NCBI RefSeq assembly: GCF_035285525.1
Contig: NZ_JAYKGW010000129.1
Location: forward strand, 13,420 to 45,419
From: Okeania sp.
GTDB lineage: Bacteria; Cyanobacteriota; Cyanobacteriia; Cyanobacteriales; Microcoleaceae
Direction: 5' to 3'
Length of the DNA: 32,000 bases
Positions 16,261 to 24,795 of this stretch are shown here, in pieces. Position numbers and translations under genes: made by a program. The notes under the pieces were generated by a model. It was not told the DNA's origin and made no database searches. It saw only the letters and a list, made by a program, of their open reading frames with translations. Every line of letters begins with the position of its first letter. Positions within the stretch are counted from its first letter, which is position 1.

Positions 16261-16497
16261 TTAGGAAATATCCTCATCTTCCTCTAATAATTCTGCATAA
16301 AAAGTTTGCAGTACATCATTTAATTCTGCCTCCGGACAAGATGCAATTAACACATCAAAAACATCTAGCAACTTAGCAGCAGTTTCTCCCAAAGTTGGAC
16401 TCATTCCTCAAACATCTTGCACCCAATCTTGAGGACGTTCCTTATCAAAAATTAAACGTTCTAATAATTGCTTGACTTCTTCTTTTGATACAGACAT
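16261..16497 (-). pseudogene. 78-codon ORF of unknown function interrupted by one in-frame TGA
   Basis: Minus-strand translation gives MSVSKEEVKQLLERLIFDKERPQDWVQDV[TGA at 16410-16408]GMSPTLGETAAKLLDVFDVLIASCPEAELNDVLQTFYAELLEEDEDIS*. The frame is otherwise open over 237 nt. Confidence 0.45.
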
Positions 16498-16588
16498 AAT
16501 TAAAATTTAAGCTAATAAAATTATCTCAATAATTATAGCAGTCAGTAAATTAAAATCTAGACTACAACCTGAATATACTAACATATTA

Positions 16589-16687
16589 TGATTTACGCAA
16601 AGAAAATCGGTTTTTAGAATAAATTTTATATTCTCACAATAGATGTATACGAAAACCAGGTTTCTGGGTTCAGTGTGGGTAAGTCCT
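16589..16687. mobile_element. MITE-like element, family 1
   Basis: Reads tgatttacgcaaagaaaatcggttttt...cgaaaaccaggtttctgggttcagtgtgggtaagtcct. Confidence 0.6.
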
Positions 16688-16743
16688 GATATAATAATAT
16701 TTACTCTTTTTTCCTTCTTTCTTCTTCCTTCTTCCTTCTAACG

Positions 16744-17262
16744 ATGAACATACCTAATTCAATAACCTTTTCTCGCCTACTCGGAATACCTATTATTTTT
16801 TACCTTCTCAAGACTCCAACTAACCAAAATCTTTGGATATGTTTAATTATCTTTTTAATTGCTGCAGCTACAGATTTTTTAGACGGTTATTTAGCACGAC
16901 AACTTAACCAAATTACAGACCTAGGTAAATTTTTAGATCCTTTAGTCGATAAATTATTAGTTTTAACGCCCTTATTAGCATTAATTGAATTAGGCAAAGT
17001 TCCAGCTTGGGGAGTATTTTTAATTTTAGGCAGGGAGCTAACTATAGCTGGTTGGCGCGTTAATCAAACCAAAATTTATGGAGCTAATATTTGGGGGAAA
17101 TTAAAGACTGGAAGTCAAGTTATTGCTATTGCTTTATTAATTGCTCCTTTACCGGAAATTTGGCAAATTCCCACAATAATTATGTTTTGGATTTCTGTTG
17201 CTTTAACAATAATTTCCGGGATAATTTATTTATTACCAAATCAAGAAACTAGCAATACATAA
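16744..17262 (+). CDS. pgsA: CDP-diacylglycerol--glycerol-3-phosphate 3-phosphatidyltransferase
   Basis: 172 aa and multi-pass hydrophobic. It carries the CDP-alcohol phosphatidyltransferase signature D(x2)DG(x2)AR(x8)G(x3)D(x3)D as DFLDGYLARQLNQITDLGKFLDPLVDK. Confidence 0.9.
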   Translation: MNIPNSITFSRLLGIPIIFYLLKTPTNQNLWICLIIFLIAAATDFLDGYLARQLNQITDLGKFLDPLVDKLLVLTPLLALIELGKVPAWGVFLILGRELTIAGWRVNQTKIYGANIWGKLKTGSQVIAIALLIAPLPEIWQIPTIIMFWISVALTIISGIIYLLPNQETSNT

Positions 17263-17296
17263 GTTATATTTTTAAACTAATTTTTCATATCTGGTC

Positions 17297-17392
17297 ATAA
17301 TCAAAATTAAACCAGTAGAGGTTTGGTCTCCCAACCCACCCCATAAATCAAAATTAAACCAGTAGAAGTTTGGTCTCCCAACCCCCCTCCAA
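17297..17392. repeat. 47-bp tandem direct repeat, two units
   Basis: Reads ataatcaaaattaaaccagtagaggtttggtctcccaacccacccc followed by ataaatcaaaattaaaccagtagaagtttggtctcccaacccccctcc. Each unit contains a short GGTTTGG/CCAACC hairpin. Confidence 0.85.
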
Positions 17393-17643
17393 ACCCTCAA
17401 ATAATAACTATATTTCAGTCAATATTTAATTGACTTTTCATGTAAATCTTCAGATATTAGCTAATATTAAAAATCATCCTTAATCTCAAATATAAAAAAC
17501 TTTTTGAAGAATTTGGCTTGAAGCTAAAATTGATGTATAATCTAAACCATACTTTAATTAGTAATAGTATTTCTCAAGTTACTGAGGTACAGTTGTTTTT
17601 CTGATCCCCTACTCCCTACTCCTTACTCCCTAAAATAAAATAA

Positions 17644-19572
17644 ATGAGTATATTCACACTTCAATCAGTCAAAAAAGATTTTGGCATCAAAGAAATATTA
17701 AAAGATGCCAGTTTCAGTTTAGACCCTAACGACAAAGTTGGTTTAATTGGTACAAATGGTTCGGGAAAATCAACCCTATTAAAAATGATTGCTGGTCTAG
17801 AACCTACAGATAGTGGTCAAATTTTAGTCAATCAAAATGTGAGGATTATTTATTTACCTCAACAACCAAATTTAGATGAAAATAACACCGTATTAGAACA
17901 AGTTTTTGTCGATAGTGGCGAACAAATGGCATTGGTAAAAGAGTACGAAAAACTATCAGAAAAATTAGCTCATCATCCTGAAGATAATCAGTTAATGTCG
18001 CGTTTTTCAGAAGTAACTCAAAAAATGGATTCTACTAATGCTTGGGAATTAGAAACTAAGGCAAAAGTTATCCTGAGTAAATTAGGAATCCAAGATTTTG
18101 AGGCTAAAGTTAGTAACTTATCCGGAGGTTATCGTAAACGAATTGCTTTAGCAACTGCTTTACTTGCGGAACCAGATGTTTTGTTAATGGATGAGCCAAC
18201 AAACCATTTAGATGCTGCGTCTGTAGAATGGTTACAAAGTTACTTAAATACTTTTTCGGGAGCAATTTTATTAATTACTCACGACCGTTATTTTCTGGAT
18301 CGAGTTACTAACAAAATTATGGAAATAGATAGAGGGGATATTTTTATTTATTCTGGCAATTATTCTTACTATTTAGAAAAGAAAGCTTTAGCAGAAGAAT
18401 CAATTGTTAGTTCTCAGAAGAAACATCAAGGTTTATTACGCCGAGAATTAGAATGGTTAAAACGGGGTCCGAAGGCTCGTAGCACTAAACAAAAAGCTAG
18501 GATTCAACGCATAGAAGAAATGCAAGGGAGAGAATTTAAAGAAGCATTAGGAAAGGTAGATATTTCTACTGCCGGTCGTCGGATTGGTAAAAAAGTTATT
18601 GAGTTAGAAAATGTTTCTAAATTCTACGGTAGTAGAACTTTGATTAAAGATTTTACTTATGAATTTACCCCCGAAGATAGAGTGGGAATTATTGGTGGTA
18701 ATGGGGTGGGAAAATCAACTTTAATGAATATTATTACAGGGAAGGTTGAACCTGATTTTGGCAAAGTAGAAATTGGCTCCACAATACACATCGGTTATTT
18801 TGACCAACATTCAGAAAATTTGCTTGATGCTGCCACAGAAAATCAACGAGTAATTGATTATATAAAAGACGTGGCAGAATTTGTGCAAACTGCAGATGGT
18901 ACTCAAATTAGTGCTTCTCAAATGTTGGAAAGATTTCTATTTCCTGGTACTCAACAATATGCTCCTGTTTATAAACTTTCTGGTGGGGAAAAAAGACGAT
19001 TATTTTTATTAAAAGTTTTGATGAGCGCTCCTAATGTTTTGATTTTAGATGAACCGACTAATGATTTAGATGTACAAACTTTGGCAGTTCTGGAAGAGTA
19101 TTTAGAAGAGTTTAATGGTTGTGTAATAGTTGTTTCTCACGATCGCTATTTTTTAGATAGAACTGTAGATAGAATTTTTGCTTTTGAAGGAGTAGGAAAT
19201 TTAAGACAATATCCGGGAAATTATTCACTTTATTTAGATTATAAAGAAGTAGAAGCAGCAGCAAAAAAATCTGTAGAAGTTGAGGAAAAGCAAAAAGAAA
19301 GTCAGGCTAAACAACAAAAATCCGAAAGAGTTTCTCGCGATAAGACTGGGCAAAGAAAATTATCATCAAAAGAGAAGCGAGAATATCATAATTTAGAGAA
19401 AAAAATTACTCAATTAGAAGCAGAAAAAGCTGAAGCAGAAAATAAACTTTATAATGAGCCTCCAACAGAAGTTAGTGAAGTTCAAAAACTCCATGAAAAA
19501 GTAGAAAGTTTGGGAGAAGAAATAGATATTGCTACAGAAAGATGGTTAGAATTAGCAGAAATAGAATCTTAA
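17644..19572 (+). CDS. ABC-F family ATPase (Uup-like), two ABC domains plus C-terminal coiled coil
   Basis: 642 aa. It has two Walker A motifs (GTNGSGKST, GGNGVGKST), two ABC signatures (LSGGYRKR, LSGGEKRR) and two Walker B motifs (LLMDEPTNHLD, LILDEPTNDLD). There are no membrane segments. The C-terminal tail is lysine/glutamate-rich. Confidence 0.92.
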   Translation: MSIFTLQSVKKDFGIKEILKDASFSLDPNDKVGLIGTNGSGKSTLLKMIAGLEPTDSGQILVNQNVRIIYLPQQPNLDENNTVLEQVFVDSGEQMALVKEYEKLSEKLAHHPEDNQLMSRFSEVTQKMDSTNAWELETKAKVILSKLGIQDFEAKVSNLSGGYRKRIALATALLAEPDVLLMDEPTNHLDAASVEWLQSYLNTFSGAILLITHDRYFLDRVTNKIMEIDRGDIFIYSGNYSYYLEKKALAEESIVSSQKKHQGLLRRELEWLKRGPKARSTKQKARIQRIEEMQGREFKEALGKVDISTAGRRIGKKVIELENVSKFYGSRTLIKDFTYEFTPEDRVGIIGGNGVGKSTLMNIITGKVEPDFGKVEIGSTIHIGYFDQHSENLLDAATENQRVIDYIKDVAEFVQTADGTQISASQMLERFLFPGTQQYAPVYKLSGGEKRRLFLLKVLMSAPNVLILDEPTNDLDVQTLAVLEEYLEEFNGCVIVVSHDRYFLDRTVDRIFAFEGVGNLRQYPGNYSLYLDYKEVEAAAKKSVEVEEKQKESQAKQQKSERVSRDKTGQRKLSSKEKREYHNLEKKITQLEAEKAEAENKLYNEPPTEVSEVQKLHEKVESLGEEIDIATERWLELAEIES

Positions 19573-19724
19573 TAGATAATTGATAATTAATCCCCAAAGA
19601 TGAAAAGCCTTTCTTTGCCAAATGGAGAATGGATAAAGAATTGGTTAGGAAAATTACTGATCGTGAATCTTAGACTAGGAAATTTTTTTCCAACTTTTCC
19701 CTCCATACCTATTCCCTAATATAT

Positions 19725-20345
19725 ATGAGCTGTCAAGAACTATTAAAAAAATACTCTCAACAATGGCAAGTAGCTACTCTACATCCATTTTTAAATGAAT
19801 GTAAATTAGGTATTATTAAACCTGAACAATTTAACACTTGGTTGGTACAAGATTATCTATTTGTTGTAGAATTTACTCGGATGGTAGGCAGAATTTTAAC
19901 TTATGCTCCAACTTCTCATTTTGATCTAATTCTGAGTGGATTAAATGCCCTACAAAATGAACTAAATTGGTTTAAAGATAAAGCAACAGAAAGACAATTA
20001 GACTTGAATACTAAAAAACAACCAACTTGTAAAGAATATTGTAATTTTATGAATAAACTAACTGAAATGCCATACCCAATACAAGCAACTGCATTGTGGG
20101 AAATTGAACTAGCTTATAATCAAGGTTGGCAATTACCAGGAAAAATGTCACCCCCTTATAATGAATTTGCTAACCGTTGGGGAAACCCCGAATTTACAAA
20201 CTATGTTAAACTACTAGAAGCACAAGCTAATGAGGTATTAGAAGATGTCTCAAAAACAGTGCAAAATCAAGCTGAAACTACTTTTTTAAATGTCGCTAGA
20301 CTAGAAAAAGACTTTTGGCAAATGGCCTATAATGCCACTAATTAA
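19725..20345 (+). CDS. tenA: TenA/THI-4/PqqC family protein (thiaminase II-like)
   Basis: 206 aa. The N-terminus ...WQVATLHPFLNECKLGIIKPEQFNTWLVQDYLFV and the C-terminal LEKDFWQMAY fit the TenA family pattern from memory. I could not recognise a TPP riboswitch upstream. Confidence 0.7.
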   Translation: MSCQELLKKYSQQWQVATLHPFLNECKLGIIKPEQFNTWLVQDYLFVVEFTRMVGRILTYAPTSHFDLILSGLNALQNELNWFKDKATERQLDLNTKKQPTCKEYCNFMNKLTEMPYPIQATALWEIELAYNQGWQLPGKMSPPYNEFANRWGNPEFTNYVKLLEAQANEVLEDVSKTVQNQAETTFLNVARLEKDFWQMAYNATN

Positions 20346-20346
20346 C

Positions 20347-20495
20347 TAGCTATCAGCTATCAGCTTTCAGCTATGAGTTATTAACTCATTATCTTGGAAT
20401 AAAAAATTAGTCTCCAAGTAGAATTAAAACTAATAAATAAAAAGGTTATTAACTGCTAACCTTACTAACTTATTAGGTTCAAAGCTGAATGCTTC
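20347..20495. mobile_element. MITE-like element, family 3 (left TIR eroded)
   Basis: Reads tagctatcagctatcagctttcagctatgagttattaactcatt...gctaaccttactaactt...caaagctgaatgcttc. Confidence 0.55.
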
Positions 20496-20520
20496 TTTAA
20501 CTTTAGGAGAAAATCAAAAA

Positions 20521-20940
20521 ATGACACGAGCTATCATGGAAACAGAAAAGGGAACCATCAACTTAGAATTATTTGATAATGATGCTCCCAATACTGTGAA
20601 AAATTTTGTGGAATTAAGTGAAAAAGGATTTTATGATGGCTTAAATTTTCATCGTGTTATTCCTAATTTTATGATTCAAGGAGGTTGCCCAAAAGGTACA
20701 GGTACAGGCGGTCCTGGTTATAAAATTAAATGTGAAATTAATGCTAATAAACATTTAGCTGGTACTTTATCCATGGCTCATGCTGGCCGTGATACAGGTG
20801 GCAGTCAATTCTTTATTTGTCACTCTCCCCAACGTCATTTAGACGGCGTTCATACAACTTTTGGAAAAACTGAAGATATGGAAGTTGTAAATGCTATTCG
20901 TCAGGGTGACAAAATTCTTTCTGTAAAGATTGAGAAGTAA
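20521..20940 (+). CDS. Peptidyl-prolyl cis-trans isomerase, cyclophilin type
   Basis: 139 aa. It carries the cyclophilin motifs [35 protein letters not shown] and LDGVHTTFG. Confidence 0.95.
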   Translation: MTRAIMETEKGTINLELFDNDAPNTVKNFVELSEKGFYDGLNFHRVIPNFMIQGGCPKGTGTGGPGYKIKCEINANKHLAGTLSMAHAGRDTGGSQFFICHSPQRHLDGVHTTFGKTEDMEVVNAIRQGDKILSVKIEK

Positions 20941-20948
20941 TTTTAATT

Positions 20949-21064
20949 GTAAGCATTTAGCCGTCAGCTATCAACTTTGAGCTGTTAGTTATTAACTCAT
21001 TTGTTGGCTTAATTTTTAAACAAGCTGTTTGCCTAACATTCGGTAGGAAGAGCTGAATGCTTAC
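20949..21064. mobile_element. MITE-like element, family 3, short copy
   Basis: Reads gtaagcatttagccgtcagctatcaac...gttattaactcatt...gagctgaatgcttac. The TIRs are GTAAGCATTTAGC / GCTGAATGCTTAC. Confidence 0.65.
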
Positions 21065-21070
21065 TTTTAT

Positions 21071-21523
21071 TTAGTAAAATTTTTTGTGCCATAAAGGAAC
21101 AGCTTTATACCAACCTAATGATGGTATATCTTTGATAACTTCCAGACAATTTCTCCGAGAATCTATAGGAGCATCAACAGAAAAATAAAGAGCATCAAAA
21201 TCGCCGTACTTTTGAAAAGAGTTAGTAATAAAAGTAGATTTTCGATAATCTATATGTCTCTCTAAATATTCTGAAGAAGATGCTGGAGACCACCCACATT
21301 CTTCTAACTCTTTCTTCGTATCTCCTCGCAATATATGATGCCCCAGAAAAAGAACCATTAAATAAGAAAATCTTTCGATACTTCCATCAAGACTTACCAG
21401 ATTAATCTCAATGTATTGGCCGGGTAAAGGCATCGGTTCAGCTAAATCCCGACAATAACCGGAGTTTTCGCACTTAACTTCATCACTTAGTAAAGAACAA
21501 TCTAGATTAATAGGACATTCCAT
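21071..21523 (-). CDS. Hypothetical protein with Cys-rich N-terminus (C-x5-C-x8-C-x5-C)
   Basis: ORF 21071..21532. The track start is a TTG, and I prefer the ATG at 21523 (MECPINLDCSLLSDEVKCENSGYCRD...). I recognise no family. The coding call rests only on the length of the ORF. Confidence 0.55.
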   Translation of the reverse strand: MECPINLDCSLLSDEVKCENSGYCRDLAEPMPLPGQYIEINLVSLDGSIERFSYLMVLFLGHHILRGDTKKELEECGWSPASSSEYLERHIDYRKSTFITNSFQKYGDFDALYFSVDAPIDSRRNCLEVIKDIPSLGWYKAVPLWHKKFY

Positions 21524-21984
21524 AGATTTCAATAATGGATAATTGATAATGGATAATTGATAATTAGGACTTGCTGAATAAATAAGAGAGTAGTTATAGT
21601 CATTTTAGTTTAGACTGAGACAAAAATTTATTACTATCAAATAATTTCAACTAAAAAAAATGTTTCATTCTTATTTAAAATGACTATAGTGTTTATCTGA
21701 ACATAATATAACCTTTGCTTCGACTGCTATACTTCGCCAAATTTGATATCAAATATCAAGGGCAAAACATAATACTAATGTTCGGCTTTTGACATACTAA
21801 CAGAACTTAAGCAAAACCTGTATATATATTGCCTACAATCTAGTTCAAAAATCAATCCCAGATTGTTAGTCATTTCAACTCAAACTAAAAAGTCATTAAA
21901 ATAACTATCAATGGAAATATTAAATCAAAATATATTAACAACGTAGTTTATTATAGACAGACATCTATAATATAATTTTTACCT

Positions 21985-23892
21985 ATGAAAATAGAATCTT
22001 CAGCCCGACACCATCAAACTAAATATTCAGCCAAAAAACGTAAATTATTAGGTGTTCATTATACCCCTGATAACGTGATTGATTATATTGTCAGTAATAC
22101 CCTCTTTTCTTATTTAGAAAAAAACAAATTTATACCGTTACAAAAAATCAAAATACTCGATCCAGCTTGTGGTTCAGGACTATTTCTACTGAAAGCTTTT
22201 GATTTACTTTGTTCATTGTGGAAAAAGCAGTTTGGCAGACTAAATCCTGAAGATATCCGCCATATTTTAGAAAATAATTTGTATGGTGTTGATATTGATA
22301 ATAATGCTGTAAATGAAGCAAAAAAACAACTCAAAAATAAAGCAAAATTACTAGGAATTAAAGAAGTAAATATCCCGATTTTTCAAGGGGATGCTTTACT
22401 CCATTCCTTTACAGATTATCAAATTAATTTGCTATGCTCAAGTCCTAAAATATTTAATTGGCAAGAAAACTTTCCTCAAGTCTTTGCAGAAGGTGGATTT
22501 GATTGCATAATTGGTAATCCTCCTTATATTCGGATTCAAAACTTACAACCAAAAGAACATCGAACTTACTACGTTGAAAAATATCAAACTGCCCGTGGAC
22601 GCTTTGATATAGCTGGATTATTCATTGAATTAGGGTATTATTTACTCAAGCCACAAGGTCAATTAAGTTATATTATCTCTAATAAACTGTTAACAACTCA
22701 AGGAGCAAAAGCATTAAGAACTTACATTTTAAAACATTATAATCTTATTGAAATTATCGACCTTGGAGATACTAAATTATTTGAAGCTGCAATTTTACCT
22801 ATGATATTAACTATAGAAAAACAAATTTATGCTTCAGATTATTTTCTTTACACCTCTATTAAACAAATTAGAAAACTGCTCACTAACTATCTCAAAGTTG
22901 AGAATTTATTCGAGTTATTAAACCAACAACCTAGTTGCGAATTTATCCAGTGGCAACAACGCTACTTTCAGGTTAAACAATTCAAAACCTCTTTACCAAA
23001 AATTAATCAATCTATATGGACATTTCATACTACTACAGAACAGCAACTTCTTGAAAAATTGAAACAAAATACATTTTGTACCTTAGCCGATATTAGTCAT
23101 AAAATTAGTGTAGGAATTAAAACAACGGCTGATAATGTTTTTATTAAACCTATGACTTTTGATTTTATTAATAACCTTCATTTAGAGTCAACAGTAATTT
23201 TTCCACTTTTGTCAAGCCATAATGTTTATAAATGGCATTGTGACTGGCAAGAAAAACGAGATCTCTATGTTTTATATCCTTATAAATATCAAAATAATAA
23301 ACTCTTACCAATTGACTTAAATATATATCCAAATACCCAAAAATATTTACTGTCTCATCAAAAACAACTAGAAGCACGTACTTATATCAACAAAAGCGGA
23401 CGACAATGGTACGAGATTTGGGTACACCAATCACCCACCGATTTTCAAAATCTTAAGATTGTTACACCAGACATTTCAACTCACAATTGTTTTGCTATAG
23501 ATAACAAAGGATTATTTGTTAATGGTACTTGTTTTTATATTTTGCTAAAAGAAGAATCACTTGAACATTACTTGTTGATATTATCTTTATTAAATTCTAA
23601 AGTTTTGGAATTTTTTCATAAAGTAACCAGTGGTAATACACTTTATTCTCAAAGGTTTCGCTATTGGACATCTTATTTAAAATCTTATCCCATACCTAAC
23701 TTCCGACAAGAAAAATCTCTAACTCCTGTCAATCAATTGATAGAAAATACCCGCCTAATTTTACAATGTACCAATAAAAAAGAACAACAAATTATTGAAG
23801 AAAATAATGATCGACTCATTTATAAGTGGTTTAATTTAGTCGATGATGAAATTCAGCAAATAGAACAAATTTTATACTTAAACAAACGATAA
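21985..23892 (+). CDS. Type II N6-adenine DNA methyltransferase, gamma class (Eco57I/TaqI-like) with C-terminal target-recognition domain
   Basis: 635 aa. It has GVHYTPDNVIDYIV, the AdoMet motif I ILDPACGSGLFLL, and the catalytic motif IV IIGNPPYIRIQN downstream of motif I (gamma order). A long C-terminal region (..RQWYEIWVHQSP..) resembles the TaqI-type TRD. Confidence 0.88.
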   Translation: MKIESSARHHQTKYSAKKRKLLGVHYTPDNVIDYIVSNTLFSYLEKNKFIPLQKIKILDPACGSGLFLLKAFDLLCSLWKKQFGRLNPEDIRHILENNLYGVDIDNNAVNEAKKQLKNKAKLLGIKEVNIPIFQGDALLHSFTDYQINLLCSSPKIFNWQENFPQVFAEGGFDCIIGNPPYIRIQNLQPKEHRTYYVEKYQTARGRFDIAGLFIELGYYLLKPQGQLSYIISNKLLTTQGAKALRTYILKHYNLIEIIDLGDTKLFEAAILPMILTIEKQIYASDYFLYTSIKQIRKLLTNYLKVENLFELLNQQPSCEFIQWQQRYFQVKQFKTSLPKINQSIWTFHTTTEQQLLEKLKQNTFCTLADISHKISVGIKTTADNVFIKPMTFDFINNLHLESTVIFPLLSSHNVYKWHCDWQEKRDLYVLYPYKYQNNKLLPIDLNIYPNTQKYLLSHQKQLEARTYINKSGRQWYEIWVHQSPTDFQNLKIVTPDISTHNCFAIDNKGLFVNGTCFYILLKEESLEHYLLILSLLNSKVLEFFHKVTSGNTLYSQRFRYWTSYLKSYPIPNFRQEKSLTPVNQLIENTRLILQCTNKKEQQIIEENNDRLIYKWFNLVDDEIQQIEQILYLNKR

Positions 23893-23952
23893 GTAAGGTA
23901 TTAAAATATGGAAAGAGAAAAACTCTGACAATCAGCTCTAAGAAAAAAGAAA

Positions 23953-24525
23953 TTGATTTACCAAAAGGATTTGGAAGATGGTAATGTATTAGCAATTCAA
24001 CCTGCCTTAGACAGTTCTCTTCTCTACACAATAGAAGAAATAGCAATTTTGGTAGAAGAACTAATCGAAATAGACTCACCAAGGGATAGTAGTGGTAGAC
24101 TTTTAGAAGTTAGACCAAAAGGGAATTGGTTTGAATTTGAGGTAGCTAAATGCTTGGGATACAATTATCCACCTTCATCTGGTTTATTTCCTGATATTCG
24201 TCATCAAATTTTGGAAATCAAGCATCATACTGGTAAAAGTATTACTGTTGATTTTGGTCGTCATCATCCTGGTTCTGAAGAGATTATTAATGAAACTTGG
24301 AATCAAAAATTACAAATTAAAGTTAATCAGGTACGTTATCTTATTGCTTTAGCACCGCCACCAACTTATAAAATAAGCACACTTATTCTTCTAACTGGAG
24401 CTGAAATTATTGATGTTTTCGGAGTTTCTCCCAAAGCAACTATCAAATACCAAATGGGGATATCAAAAAAATGGTGCGAAGAATATCAAGGAAAAATATT
24501 GGTAGGACAGTCAATTTGGTTATAA
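23953..24525 (+). CDS. Putative type II restriction endonuclease (PD-(D/E)xK)
   Basis: 190-aa ORF starting 60 bp downstream of the methyltransferase on the same strand. The candidate catalytic motif is LFPDIRHQILEIKHH (PD...E-x-K). The open frame (23929 onward) has no in-frame ATG, so the start is inferred as TTG 23953 or TTG 23971. Confidence 0.55.
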   Translation: MIYQKDLEDGNVLAIQPALDSSLLYTIEEIAILVEELIEIDSPRDSSGRLLEVRPKGNWFEFEVAKCLGYNYPPSSGLFPDIRHQILEIKHHTGKSITVDFGRHHPGSEEIINETWNQKLQIKVNQVRYLIALAPPPTYKISTLILLTGAEIIDVFGVSPKATIKYQMGISKKWCEEYQGKILVGQSIWL

Positions 24526-24578
24526 TCTTCCCTTATATTTTTAGAATATCCAAGTATTTCAAATGAAAGCTAAAAACT

Positions 24579-24688
24579 AAAGGCCGAACCCAACTCAAGA
24601 GTTCGACCTTTACAGCGCTTTTCAAATGAATGAACCACATCCCCATAACCTTGCATCTTGTAGGGACGCCCTTATGCAACGTCCCTAC
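24579..24688. terminator. Two hairpins between convergent nuclease and ftsH genes
   Basis: The first is AAAGGCCGAAC(24579-24589)/GTTCGACCTTT(24601-24611), an 11-bp stem with one mismatch. The second is GTAGGGACG(24660-24668)/CGTCCCTAC(24680-24688), a perfect 9-bp stem. Three TCAAATGAA direct repeats (24559, 24622, 24710) flank them. Neither has a classic T-run. Confidence 0.35.
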
Positions 24689-24795
24689 TGTGGTTTACTC
24701 AAATGAAAACCGCTGTAAGTTACCAATTAGAAATCTGATTAATCTTAGCTATTTCAAAGAAATTATAATCGCTCCTTCCTGTTGACCAAAGAAAT

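Noticed and set aside
19573-19724. An expected TPP riboswitch upstream of tenA, and a cobalamin riboswitch upstream of cbiX (5912-6222).
   Set aside because: I found no CUGAGA / ACCUGAUCUGGAUAAUGCCAGCG-type TPP core and no B12-box-like sequence by eye. The cbiX upstream region is mostly MITE sequence. A covariance-model scan (Rfam/Infernal) would be needed to be certain.
21742-21753. The perfect palindrome TTTGATATCAAA upstream of the methyltransferase, considered as a C-protein operator or as the R-M recognition site (it contains GATATC).
   Set aside because: No controller (C) protein gene is present. GATATC also occurs elsewhere in the window (for example near 6872 and 7534), so it is not avoided. 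A 12-bp AT-rich palindrome in AT-rich DNA may be chance. It is mentioned under the R-M finding only as context.
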